The notes under the pieces were generated by a model that saw only the letters and a list, made by a program, of their open reading frames with translations, searched no databases and was not told where the DNA came from. A stretch of DNA of 62,713 bases, filler included, from Perkinsus olseni (Eukaryota): assembly GCA_013115125.1 (NCBI GenBank). It is 6 parts of 6 records of this genome, joined end to end, with 100 filler letters (N's around TTAATTAATTAA, not from the genome) between each part and the next. Parts side by side here need not be neighbours in the genome. Positions count along the whole stretch, not along the records: positions 1 to 11,939 come from JABANN010000810.1; positions 12,040 to 23,949 come from JABANN010000811.1; positions 24,050 to 35,872 come from JABANN010000814.1; 3 more parts are not named here. One strand, 5' to 3'. Of the stretch, positions 11,912 to 24,509 are shown piece by piece. The position numbers were made by a program, and so were the translations under genes. Position 1 is the stretch's first letter. Every line of letters begins with the position of its first letter.

Positions 11912-11939
11912 GCCCGAGCGGGAAGGGCCCCGCGAGGGC
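11912..11939 (+). terminator. Second GC-rich hairpin, candidate alternative Helitron terminus (contig ends here)
   Basis: GCCC-ga-GCGGG-aagggc-CCCGC-ga-GGGC. It is preceded by ACAAATG, as is the 9460 hairpin. Confidence 0.45.
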
Positions 11940-12039
11940 NNNNNNNNNNNNNNNNNNNNNNNNNNNNNNNNNNNNNNNNNNNNTTAATTAATTAANNNNN
12001 NNNNNNNNNNNNNNNNNNNNNNNNNNNNNNNNNNNNNNN
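11940..12039. other. Artificial contig linker
   Basis: N44-TTAATTAATTAA-N44, which puts stops in all six frames. Confidence 0.99.
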
Positions 12040-12131
12040 TCTCCAAGTTTGGAAAGGAATACTTTCCCTCCACTTGGACTTGGAAAAGTGGGCACTTTAA
12101 TTGGCTCCTGGTATTCTCGGCTATTGATAGT

Positions 12132-12698
12132 ATGGATGGCAATTACCCTTGCCTACCTATGGATAACTATCAGACATGTCTGAGCTGGGAGTTCGTTGAA
12201 GTGGCGTGTGGCCTTTTGGATCGAGTTTCTCCTGAGATGGCTGACGTGTTATTCCTTCAAGGATACAACCACAGACTGGGCACAAGTGGTCTCAACATGA
12301 TGGAGATTGTGAAGGCGACTGATGTCCTCTATCCTGGTTTCTCTGGTATTCTACCCGCTCTCCCCGAACAAGACCAGTGGGAGTATCCTACTCATCACGA
12401 CGGGCAGCCCATAAGAGGTCCCGCTAGAGTCTGCAGCGCCTTGGTTTGCGAGATGCTTCGTGCTGGGGGTGTCTTCGGTAACCATGACGTCTCATGTACG
12501 GAGTTTACTCCTTGGGATATCTACAGTATGGATGTTTTCACTTCACCGACTTACCAGCTAAAGGGTGACTACGCTATTGATCTCACCAAGCCCGAACCTC
12601 TTCGCCTCGGTCAGAAGAGTATAACAAACTACATGGCAGAAACTTGCAGGACACAGATTACTGACGAGTCATACTACGAGCGAGCTCCGCATTGTTAG
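12132..12698 (+). CDS. 3' part of a conserved hypothetical eukaryotic protein (possible permuted papain-like fold); 5' truncated by contig start
   Basis: Open frame with WEYP..DG..RVCSALVCEMLRAGGVFG..CTEFTPWDIY, which resembles a catalytic CSxLV motif. Confidence 0.5.
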   Translation: MDGNYPCLPMDNYQTCLSWEFVEVACGLLDRVSPEMADVLFLQGYNHRLGTSGLNMMEIVKATDVLYPGFSGILPALPEQDQWEYPTHHDGQPIRGPARVCSALVCEMLRAGGVFGNHDVSCTEFTPWDIYSMDVFTSPTYQLKGDYAIDLTKPEPLRLGQKSITNYMAETCRTQITDESYYERAPHC

Positions 12699-14382
12699 TC
12701 CCGTCCTCGCCGTACTAATAGATAAGTTCCTATATTTCAGCTTCAGCCTGAAACTTTTCAGTTGCGTCTTGATTGTGGCTTGCAGGAGCGATGCAGCCTC
12801 CTGGCATTATGTCCACGGTATCCGCAGACATCGTCGGCATTTGTATACTACCGCCTATGGCGGCTAAATTGTTTGCCGTGTCGGTTAGAGTTGCGTCGCA
12901 GTAATCGCACCCACACTGGGCAGATTCTGGATTGTGATGGGGTTTCAAAGGAATTAATATTCAGTTGTGACTCATTCGGAAATATGATAACGACGCCCCC
13001 ATCGGCTGTTCATGCAATACCTAAGAAGTTGTGCCCCCAGGGCACTGACCTTCAGGAGCTGGAGTTCAGCCCCCGCGTAGCAGCAAGGTGGGGGAACATT
13101 CTTTCGCTCATTCCGATTTCATTCCCAGTAACGGTACCCAAACTCCAAACCAAACAAGGCCTGATATGCTGACAACCCATAAATTATACTTCTATCTCAG
13201 CTTGATCTGCATCAGACTCGCTGCGTTTACGTGCCGAAACATTTCTGAAGGAACGAGCAAGAATGGTGACATAAGCGATGGATGGCGTCTCGAAGAGGTG
13301 GCCTCACTTGGGTGCTTTCCCCGCATTGCTGAGCATCGATAGGACATACCAGAAAACACCTAAGAGCGAAGTTCTCACTCACGTAGCAGCAACGACCTGA
13401 AGAGGAGACTTACCGAGCAACCCCCCTATGCCACAACCTAGAATGATTTGCGATGTCGAGTGGTCATTGAGTTGAACTCTGCTCCACGGAACAGGGAGAA
13501 AAATGAGAACGATGATCAATACGTTCCCCAATGCAACCCGCACCTGCACGATGACTTCATCTACACCACGTCAGATCCTTATGTTTACCTCTCGAAAATT
13601 AGTAGTAATGTGGACGTCAAGGGTTCTCCACCTCAATGCTAGGGCCCATATTTCCCTGCCACCGCAATGAAGCAGAAGAAGCGTCATGATGGCCATAGAC
13701 ATAAGAGCATGTCCAGACGGCATTCCACAACTAGAACAGTGGATGTACAGGACCTCGAGTACTGAAACCTACGTGATGTGGCATGATCCTCTCGGACGCT
13801 CCATCTCTGCAAGTCTCTTCGCAATATTTTGCACGGCCCACGACGAGAAAAAAAGTATCATAAACTAAAAGTGAACCTTTGGCCGTTGCAGTATCTGTTA
13901 CTGGGAGCTTACTTCAAACCATAACTTGCTACGCTTCAATAATGTTGCACACGCAGCGAAGATGACGAAAGCGAACAAGACGCTAGAATAAACTGAAATG
14001 AGGTGCTGGACCGCGGTGTCCGAGCAAGCTCGATATCACATGCAGCAACATAATCCGCGAGTACCGGACTGCTCGGCCATGTGAAGGACGAAAATGGTAG
14101 CGTCACAACCTTACCGTAGGGGCAACTATTGGGGCCTGAATCACATCAGTGCGCTCCAGGTGAGACGTGTGAGGAGAGCTCACCTAGCACAATCGCCCAA
14201 TCGGGGACACATGCTACTGGACTTATGTTTGCTGGGGATTCGCGCACGGTAAAAGATTGATAAGTAATTAAAAGTCAATTAACTGTGAAGGAATTATCAC
14301 CATCTTAGAGCGACTCCCATCCCGCGAGTCTGTTGAACCCCCATCTCGCAGAACCCCAGTAACAACGCAAGACCGGGGAACA

Positions 14383-15317
14383 TTAGTGCGGCAGCGAAAT
14401 GTCTGAAGCCTCATTGCCCTCTGATCCCTCCTGTTTTCGGTACTGATATTTTTGTACTATTATTTCAACAGTCACACCATCAGATCGTTTGATTGGAATT
14501 ATCCCACCGCACCGTCGGAGTATTTCCTCGCTCGCTCCAGAACCTCGCAGGCAAGTCAGGAAGGCCATTCCGGCCGGTTTGTGGGAGTCGGAGCTTCCAC
14601 GTGGAGGAGCTGGCCATAAGATCACCTCCCGAGGATCCACTGCTATAGCCTGCTGTAAAGCGTGCATGTCCCCTTTGAGTCTATCCAGCCTTCGTATAAC
14701 CAGTAGAGAATCTCGAGGAGATACTGTCTCCACTAACCGGCTGAGATCTCGGAGACTCAGCTGCGGGTTTGAAGGGGCTCGGGTAACAGTGACTGCGCGT
14801 TGAAGGTGTTTGCGGAACACTTGATCAGTCGATACTAACCTCTCTAACGTTCGAGGAGCTACACGAGATACGATGAGAGGGTTGCTTAAAACCTAGCAAC
14901 AGAGAGATCAAAAGTGCCAAATTCAATCGCGGACCCCCACTCCACCTCTAGTAGCATGCCCACGCAACCCTTCCTGCACGACTCGTTGTCGCATTCCGTC
15001 AAGAAGTCAACAGCCCGATTGATGCACTCATCAATTGACGATGATGATGAGAGCATAGTCTCATGGAAGCAAAACTTATTGAACGGAAGAACTCCCTCTC
15101 AGAACACAAGATGGGATGTTGGATTAGCCAAGAAGAAGCGGATACCCGCGGGATGACGTTGTGGTAGTTTTGTAACAGGAATAGCAAGAGTACAGTGAAG
15201 ACATAGTCCGGTGTGACTGAGAAAGCTATATGGCGAAGTTTGTGGGGAACTTGTGGTTACAAATCCAATCTCAATTTTACAAGTAGTCGTAACGATTCTG
15301 ATTCGATTAGTTCTCAC
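14383..15317 (-). pseudogene. Hypothetical protein or remnant, interrupted
   Basis: 145-aa ORF plus protein-like upstream frames broken by stops. No family recognised. Confidence 0.25.
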
Positions 15318-15347
15318 TTCCGTAGATTTGGCTTAACGAGACCGACG

Positions 15348-17977
15348 CTAACTCTTGAAGAGCTCCTCCAGTGCTGACATGTTAACGCGATTGCTCAGTG
15401 AGCGAGCCTTCTTCGAGAGAGCCATTTGAGTTGCCTCCAACGCAGAATCCGCCGGGCCCAGAGCTGAAAACAGGCAAGGCTCGATGAAAAGGTCCATGTC
15501 GCATCGCCTCACTGGTCGAATGAATCTGGCGCTTCCTAGGCTTGTAGGTTCCATTCCGTTTGGCTTCATCCTCGGCCCTCTTCTTCGCTTTCCGTTGCTC
15601 GTCACGTATCGCCCATTCCATCAGATAGGGTTTGTTCCACTGGTGCCAGATGGCCGACTTGGCCTCGGACTCTTCAGGCGTCAACAGATACCTATTCACG
15701 GCATGAAACAGGCAGCGAGCTCCGACACACGACGAGAGACACCTGCCAACCCCTGGCACCCTTCAATCTCAGAATCGTCAACATCTGATATGGACTCCTC
15801 GTCCTCATCGAGTGGTTGCTTGTTCTGCTTGGCATCCTCCTCAAGCAAGTCGCTAGGGTCAGCATCCTCGCTAGCCGCAGCAGTCTTCCCAGCAACCGTA
15901 TCCAACTTAGCAATGAGCTCACCGTCGGTTTCTACACCCGATGTAGCTGTTGATCGAAGGGCGTTGTATAGCTCGTCCACTGACAGGAAACACTGAACTT
16001 CGAGCCCCTAGGTTGCCTCAGCGATCGGAGCACGGGACATAAAAAGACGATAAAAAGGTCGCGTAGACAGGTTCTCTCCATCCATGCGCACGAAGACGCT
16101 ACAGTGGCCCAAAAATGCCGAAAGCCCCGCTAAGGCGTTCAGCCTTACAAACATCCGTTTCCATTCCCCAAATTCACTACATTCTGGTAAATCTCCCTCG
16201 CTTGTGCCTCCCGCAGGCTCACTACTGCTACTGCTGCTCGGCCTAGCCCGACTAGACTCTGCCTCGTGATGGCTAATGTCTGTGAGTTGAGGATGCTGAA
16301 TCGCCTGCTCCCCGTTTTCGAGGCTTTTCTGGCTCCCCACAGGCTTCACCGGAATTATCTGATCACACGGGGAATCGTCGCAAGGGACTCGGAACGCGAG
16401 TTGTTCGGAAGCAGGACTCACGATTTTAGACTCGTCCTTCAGTGGAAGACCGAGCAGTTTCATTTTCTCCTCCTTGATCCTGTTGCGCATCTGATAAAAT
16501 GAACTCAGAAGCTCAAACACACAGGAACTAGAAATTGCACGGCAGGGAGTACTACCAGGCTTGGTGGTAGACTCGTAGTGGCGCGAGCCTCCTCGGGCAG
16601 CGCCATCTGCAGCTGACCATGCGCCCCAGCTTCTTGAACTGAGTCTCCACCAGGGAGCGACCCATCAGCTGGGTCAGGAGCATCCTCGAGCGACTTGAAC
16701 TGCTCTGTCGTCAAGGCAGCGGTCGGGGTGTGCTTCAGCTCGTAACTATTCATGCGCAACAAGCTTGGCCAAGACAGGCTTATATCCCTAATAGTACAGC
16801 CGTCGCTTGAGCGTTACTGCTCCTATCCGAACAACTCCAGCCACCGAGTTGGCAGTGACGTCCTCGACTCCATGGTAGCGGGCTGCAATCAGTAGGGCTG
16901 CGCCGCACAGGCCAGTTGGACGACGGCCAGTACCTGTTGACGAAGAGACCTTTCACTCAAAGCGACCATCTCTGTGTGATAATACATATCCAGTCTCGGC
17001 TCATCAACTGTATGAGGCGGATTGCCGTATGTACAACTTGATTCTGCTTGTCACCAAGGCCAAGATGGCTCGAGAACCTCTCCATGAACATGGAAGGGTC
17101 TATAACCTGGACGGACGATATGAACATCACCATCAGCACCGACGACTCCTACTGGGATATCCAACACTTTATCGAGGCTGAGTAAGCGGACAAGCTTCAT
17201 GTACCTTTCAGCAGGTGTGCGACGATGGCATTCACGGACAGCGAACGGGCAACCCGAAGCCTAAACCAGCTACTACATCTGCCCTATCTCCCTGACACTG
17301 ACATGAAGGACATCACTAAAATCAATTAGAAGATAAGGTGTCCGATCACGGCGGCATACGATGTATCTAGAGGGAGGAACATGGTAAGGAGGCAGGGCAC
17401 ACCTATGTGGACACTCACAAACAAGCAGCGGCAACCACCGAGGTCTTTCGGCCAGCAGTGAAGTTACGTTGTGCCGCCAGGGAGAACAGACGTTTCGCCT
17501 CATCCATGGTACTCGTCGGCAACTCCAGTCGGTTGCCGATCCATTCGATCTGGTTACGCAAAATATAACACGGAATGCTTCTGCACACTACTTACTCTGG
17601 TAGAACCTCTTTGTAGTGTCAGCAACCTCGAGTTTTCACTCGAGTACCTGAGCACCCGATGCTACCATAGAGTACCCTGTCGTAACGTCATTACCCAGCT
17701 CCTCTACGGCCACCTCCACCCAGCCAAGGTACAGACTGCCCGTTTACACCCGTCCGGTCGCCACTCTGGGTGAAGCTCAATTCGCATACCACCCTGTTCT
17801 CTTCGAGCACTTCACCACATCCTAGACATACTGTCTGTCCAGTCCGCGCATCCGTCCTGAAATGACCGTGATAGGGACTAGTCTTTCAAGGTGACATCGG
17901 AAACGCATCCGAGCTTGCAGCCCACGTTACTCGGAGTCTAATGATCCGCAGCGAGGACATCCTGCTGTTGTCGCCAT
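15348..17977 (-). CDS. BRF1: TFIIIB subunit Brf1, multi-exon
   Basis: N-terminal Zn ribbon MATTAGCPRCG..GQTVCLGCGEVLEEN. Cyclin-fold repeats IDPSMFMERFSSHL..TAIRLIQLMSRDWIC|TGRRPTGLCGAALLIAARYHG. C-terminal ISDVDDSEIE..YLLTPEESEAKSAIW homology block. Confidence 0.93.
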
Positions 17978-18335
17978 TGTTCGAACCTACGCTGAGAACG
18001 AAGGCTGAAACAGAGGCAACATTAGGAGCTTCGGTGAAGAACTCATGAACGAGGAGGAACCAGAAGTTTCAGAGAACCTGAACCCTCAACACCACGCGCC
18101 GCTACATCGCTTCGCCTTCCGGCTCATGATTGTTTCACATTTTTGCCGAGTGGTTTCTATCGCGTGCGGCGCAAGATACCCCTCGGGCGTGACGCGACTC
18201 ATTCAGCCAGTGGTAGCCCTTTACCCCATACGCATGACTCTCTTCGCCAATTAGGCACTCGTTCGGTGAGGCTTCAAATCAGATCCCTTGGCTGGCACCC
18301 TCCCCCAGTTCATCATTTCTGTCATTCATTGGAAC

Positions 18336-20048
18336 ATGTTATCCCTGTCAAGATTCCTCCTAGCCCTCATCCTTGACGTTCTGTTCAACGATTCGAGAAC
18401 TGCAAACTCTCTCAACGTTTCAGCAATGCTCGAGCTCGAGGAGGACTTCGATTACCTCCTCGCGGACAGCGGTGAGTCTGTGAGTTCTCTCACTGTCTGC
18501 AGCATGAATCTTGCCAGGTATGCAGTACAGTTTAGAGGAGCTCACTCAGCACCGCGAGGATTTCCTTGCTGCTCACCGTGCGGCGACGAAGGAGGTCGAT
18601 GGAAAGCCTATAGTCGCTTCCGGGCCCAGTGGTGGTTTGACTCGATTATTCTGGAAGAGCCGCCCTATGCTCATCAAGAGCTTAGCGGATGCCTTGAACC
18701 GAGACCAGAAGAGTTGGGTTGCGTCTTTTGAGCAGGAGAGGTTTAAAGGTGTGTAAAACGCACTGTTACACTACATCGTCATCGAGCCTTGGTGCAGGTG
18801 CCTCGGTGAGTGATGTTAAGACGCTGTGCGGAACGATTCTGAACGGCCCTTCGAAGTTGCCCAAGAAGTCCCCCAGTTACCCGAGCGATCTCAAGGATCT
18901 GCCTGACAGTTTCGATGCCCGAGAGCACTTCAAGAACTGTTCCCACGTAATCGGCCATGCGAGGTGATTTCTTATTACACAGGCTATGCGCTCTTTTATT
19001 TGTTCCGCTTAGGGATCAGTCGACATGCGGCAGTTGCTGGGCTTTCGCGACTTCTGAGGCCTTCAGTGATCGTCTGTGCATTCGCTCTGGTGGGCAGTAT
19101 GATATGGTACCTCTTTCTGCCGGTCATACGGCGGCATGCTGTTCTGAAGCAGAGGGATGCTTGTAAGCAACCAAGATTATTGAGATCGTTATTGGGGTGT
19201 CCCCGCAGCTCCTTCGGCTGCGATGGAGGCCAGCCGGACAGTGCTTGGCGATGGTTCAGTGAGCACGGCGTAGTCTCGGGTAGACGACATGGCTATGCGC
19301 CACCTTTGAGAAACCAATTTAGGTGGCGACTATCAGCCTGACATGCAAACATTTGCACCCAAGCTAGAGCCCGGTTGCTGGCCTTATAATTTCCCGGAGT
19401 GCGCTCACCATGTCGACGTGAAGGGCATGCAGCCATGCAAGGGAAACCGTCCTTCGCCAACGTGCTCCACTCAGTGCCGCAATCATCAATACAAACCTTC
19501 CTTCGACGGGTAGCTGAATGATTCTGAGGTTACATTAATGCTATTCATAGTGATCGCCATTACACTGAAGATGAAGGTTACAGCCTCGATCAAGTTGACG
19601 AGATCAAGAAGGAAATTATTGATAATGGACCCGTGAGTGTTCTGAGGTTACTGCCCGTCTGTAGCAGGCATCAATTCGCCGTCGGGAGAACCCTTTGTAT
19701 TCTCAGGTTGCAGCTGCGTTCACCGTCTACGAAGACTTCCCTTACTACAAGTCGGGCGTTTATAAGCATGTTCGAGGTTCTGAGCTTGGAGGCCATGCCG
19801 TAAAAATCATCGGATGGGGTGTCGAGCAAAGTATGCAGCCTCATTTGATTTGTTAAGGTCAATGCTTTTGACCATCAGATGAACAATACTGGTTGGTTAT
19901 GAATTCATGGAACGTCAACTGGGGCGACAAGGGAACATTCAAGATAGCTTTTGGCGAATGTGGTATTGATTCTGAGGTTACTGCTGGAGTCCCAAGGGAT
20001 AATAAGAAATTCAGTCGAGGGGGGGCACAACCCGAAATTATGTTATAA
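18336..20048 (+). CDS. CTSB: Cathepsin B (papain-family cysteine protease), multi-exon
   Basis: [27 protein letters not shown], occluding-loop [24 protein letters not shown] and GECGID motifs. Confidence 0.95.
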
Positions 20049-20689
20049 TACTCCCGTTCATACATTATCTCATTCACAATTTGATTTTGCTGGAGTGGTT
20101 TGTTATTCTCACATCAAGCTAGAATTCTTTCAGAAGTAATGATGATTGTTGGGTTACGAGAGTTTTCCAGTACGAAATCGAGGCATACTCAACTTGCTTT
20201 GCTGATCATTCAATGGAATACGGGATTCTTTTTATAATCCGCACTTCGCAGTAGATCGTTTTTATAAAGAATGATAGTTGTTGTGTTACGAGTCGTAACA
20301 AAACTTTCTCTCACCCCCCGTTACTTAACGCGGATTCATTGACACGAAGTGTGGGGACGTAATTGAAGATTGATGATGTGATGTGGCTCGTGATGTGAAC
20401 TAATTCTGGAAACATTTACATTCGGAATCGTGGTGAAGGTTTGACTGCCACTGGACGGAATCGGCTACAAATGTAACTTAATTGACTTAACGATCATCAG
20501 CCGGTCATTGAATGATCGGTTGATAAATTTCACAGGCAACTGGTGCCGCCATCATTCTCGTACTACCACTGAACACAACTCGATTGAATGAGAAAAAACA
20601 CAACTTTATGAGAACGCTCAGTAATATCCACGCCCTTTTCCACCTGAGTAACCGAGCGAGTTCAACTCACATGAACCTGCGGACGAGCT

Positions 20690-22250
20690 TGCAACGCTAT
20701 ATGCTTGCGTACCTTTGCCGTAACCTTTTCCCTTTCCTTTCCCCCAGCCGCCTTTGCCTCCATTGTGGTTGTCTGACAGACACAAGGATTACGACTTAGC
20801 AAGACGCACAGTAAGACGTTAACACACATCCGCTGCCATACAAGGCTCGGGCGTTAGGCGTCAGGACAACATCTCCCGGTTGATAGTAGCCTTTTCCCGA
20901 CCCTGAAGGGTGGCGGACCGCGTTCCGGTCGACTGTCAGAGCTGTAACACCCGCTTACCATTGCTTCGACTATCGCCTCCCTTGCCCTTCCCTTTCCCCT
21001 TCGAACCTTTTCCGTGCCCTGACGATAAGTACCGTCATATGACGTTCCTAGACAGTCATACTACCCTTTCCTTTTCCTTTGCCCTTTCTTGCACCTCCCT
21101 TTTCGTACTTCCGAATCAGATCGAGATTTGCTTGACGAATACTCTTATCAAATGCCGCTTTCGAGTAACAGTCCAGGCTACCTGCGAGCCAGGGAATGAT
21201 GTTGTGAGCTGTGATCGACAATTTCACCTCCCCTGTTCGGAACTTTGCCAACGCTGGCTTTCTTAACCACCATCGGCATCTCTGGTTTATCTGCCTTCTT
21301 AGATGCTACTTCCCGAAGAGTCGCCTGAGGAGAAAATTGGATCGCTCAGATTACGTCGGACTAGTGTCGCTGCCAATTCGAATACTACCTGTGTGTACCC
21401 AACACCTTCATAGGGATGGACTCGGTCAATCGACGCCCAACGGAACGATACTCTAGAGCACGCCGAAAGGACTCTCAACCTAAGAGCAAGAGAGATGAAA
21501 TTCATTCCATGCTAGTGAGCGATGCACCGAACTACCTCTCTTCCCGGGGCAGAGCTCTGAACTTTCTCGACTGCGACATAGCATCCACACTAATAGCGAA
21601 TCTCCGAAGCATGTCATCAATTCTAACTGCATATTCCGAGAACAGGGTGGCGCAGAGGTCAGAGCTGGCCAGGGACAGCTCGCCACGGGAGTTCAGGCTG
21701 CCCACCTCGGGCGATTTGGCAAAGGACACAGCAGACGTGGCCTCGCGTGGTAAATGGAGAGATGGGACCTGGATATAGTGGGATCGCACTATATCGAACG
21801 CTTTGGGTCCTCGCCTATTACGGAATCTTTTGGAGCGAGCTCGCCTTCCTTTTTAGTCTTCCCATCGATCAGCCTATGGCACTGTACCAAACAGAGTAGC
21901 TCTCGCAGAGTTCCTGAACGAATAGATTCACTCCTGGCCCAAGGAGCAGTACTACCTAGCCGACGACTCAACGGCAATTGCCCGTTGTGAGGGCTTGCTA
22001 TCGATGCCACGAAGCCCCGACCAATTTCTTCTTGAATAGACTGTACTACAGCGTGCCATTCATCATCGGATATGAGACGGAGGACTTCGAAAGGGGCGAC
22101 GAGGGAAGAGGTTGACCTGATGTGCTACCGCTTCAGGTGCATCGCGAGTGGTCATCGCAGGCTACTTCCCGCAAACCGTCTCGTATGTCTTCTGCAGTAG
22201 GTCGAAAACCTCCTCACATATAACAGCGTCTGTCGAGTCCATAGTTACTT
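20690..22250 (-). pseudogene. Degenerate intronless coding remnant with GKGKG repeats (possible retroelement gag-like)
   Basis: Long protein-like minus-strand frames with scattered stops and frameshifts, ending in several KGKGKG blocks. Confidence 0.3.
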
Positions 22251-22819
22251 TGAGAAATTTACTAAATCTTTGTGGGGTCGGACCTCGTTGGAACTCTAAC
22301 ACAACAACGTATGAAGTTCTAGAGCATCGAACGAGACCTGTCGTACGACAATTGTATTCAACGGTTGATAGTGAAAGGGAGTGTTATGGAACGGAAGGCC
22401 ACCGACCTATAATAGGGTGGCATACGCCCACATCCATGGTTTTGGCCATCCATCCACACGGCTATCACAAATAGGGTAGAAACTACCAACACTGGCAAAG
22501 ACATAAAAGCAGCAAAGTCAACGAGTATTGGAAAATTTACAATCGTAGCAGCGACGCCGATCGAGCAGAGACAAATATTCCTCACACCCTATCGGCTCTC
22601 AACAATATTAATGTAGCATCAAGTTTACATGAGCGGTGATAACCTACATCGCTACAAACCTAGCTTGGTCTCCATCATTCCATTATCAGAACAATGAACG
22701 GCTTGCTGTGCCGAAAAAAGGATTCACCGCGATACAGGCGTAGCAATAACGCTTCCAATCGACCATACACTCGTTATCTTCCCTGCTGAGTATAAACTCG
22801 ACAAGGATACCAGGTTCAC

Positions 22820-23720
22820 TTGCGCTGTACTACCTTCTTCTTTGAGCCAGGGGGTGCGGGTACCTTTGGCACCGGCCTGTTTTTGCTCGATGCCGGTATA
22901 GGCAGCTCGACACCGGTGGAAATAGGATCTCCCAACTTGGCAAGGCGTACCTACTCGAGCGACGTTCTCAATCACGAAGCGCTGCCGCAGACTCTGCAGT
23001 GCGGAGAGAGGCGAAGAAAAAATAATTTCGGCTCCATCGCCAAATACTACCAGTTTGTCGATGTTCGCGCGGCATTTTGGACAGCAAGCTCCACCAACGG
23101 CCTCATTGCTTGCGATATGAAGGGCACAAGGCTCACAGAGACCTCCGTGACAGCATGGCAGAGATACCTACACCGAGCTGCAATGACGGATTCTCCCCGA
23201 TTAGGAAGAGCTTACGATATCTCCAGGGTTATCCAAACAAACCGCGCAAGGCGGAATAGTGTTGTCATCAGATCCACCAGGGTGAGGGTACGGCCGAGTG
23301 GTGTTATTGTCAGCAGGCGCGAAGACTGTTGAGCTATGCCTCAGTAGCCGTATCTGATATCGAGGTGATCTCTCATCGCGCCGCGATGATCGCGGGGACA
23401 CTGTGAACGTACCTCGTTGATCGGGGTCGGTTCCACGGTACTCAATCTTCGCTCACCATTGCTATATCGATGGATTCTATTCACCGACCGGCAAGTACCA
23501 CATACGAATACATTAGCATTGTACCTATGAGAGAGTGACCTTAAGTCCCGATACTCCTTTCCCCTCGCCTGCCCTACCCGACTGGATTGAGTTGATGGCA
23601 GACATTACACGCTGCCGTATCGCCACCGACTGGTTGATCGAACACAGGGACCGAGTTGGTACTCTTCTTCCGTCTGAACTTCCCGCACAAGGGCCCGCAC
23701 GAGAATTTGCTGCCCATCTG
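22820..23720 (+). pseudogene. Possible highly decayed non-LTR reverse transcriptase remnant
   Basis: FVDVRAAF resembles the LINE RT motif (F/L)xDxxxAFD. Downstream motifs are only vestigial. Confidence 0.25.
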
Positions 23721-23949
23721 TAACGAACAACTGACGTGGTCAACGATTACGTAGAGATGGCGTGAACAAGATGGCGTACGATGTGTCACGCACCTCACAG
23801 TCGAATTGTTGCTCCTGGTCGCTCTCATAGTCAACCCAACACCTTGGTGATGTAGCTTGTGGTAGTGATAAATAATAAAGGGATCAACAAAAGGTATTGC
23901 ACCAATCTATCTTGTACTTGCGTGCTACAGCTAATGTAGAATGCTGAAG

Positions 23950-24049
23950 NNNNNNNNNNNNNNNNNNNNNNNNNNNNNNNNNNNNNNNNNNNNTTAATTA
24001 ATTAANNNNNNNNNNNNNNNNNNNNNNNNNNNNNNNNNNNNNNNNNNNN
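23950..24049. other. Artificial contig linker
   Basis: N44-TTAATTAATTAA-N44. Confidence 0.99.
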
Positions 24050-24509
24050 CCACGGAGGAGTCCCTGTTGATAGTGAGGTACGGGCCAACTCTCGTCGGGT
24101 CCCCATAACGTCCAACCTCCTCACTTACCCAACGCTGGGCTGCCGGGCTCCCAGTGAGAATTCAGCAATTTAGCGAGATGAGTTAAACTCTCTCTAGAGA
24201 TACATCCTGTAGTTGTCAATGAACTGGTCAGTAATGTCACGATTCGCTACAAAAGTTCTGAGGGTGAAGGGAAACCCGAAACCCGAGGGGGCAACCTGAT
24301 ACCCGAGGTCTTTTGCAAGGCAAAGCTGCTCCCAGAGAAACCAGAAACCCGAGCCGTTAGGCGGGGTGAAGGCGGGAGAAAAAATTTGGGGCAAGAGGGA
24401 GAAAAGAGGGATCAAAGCACTCAGGTTCGATTCCCCGTCGAGACACTTTTCAGTCGGAAAATACCAGCAGAGTCTTTGTTGTGTCATTATTTCCCATCCC
24501 TCTATTACC

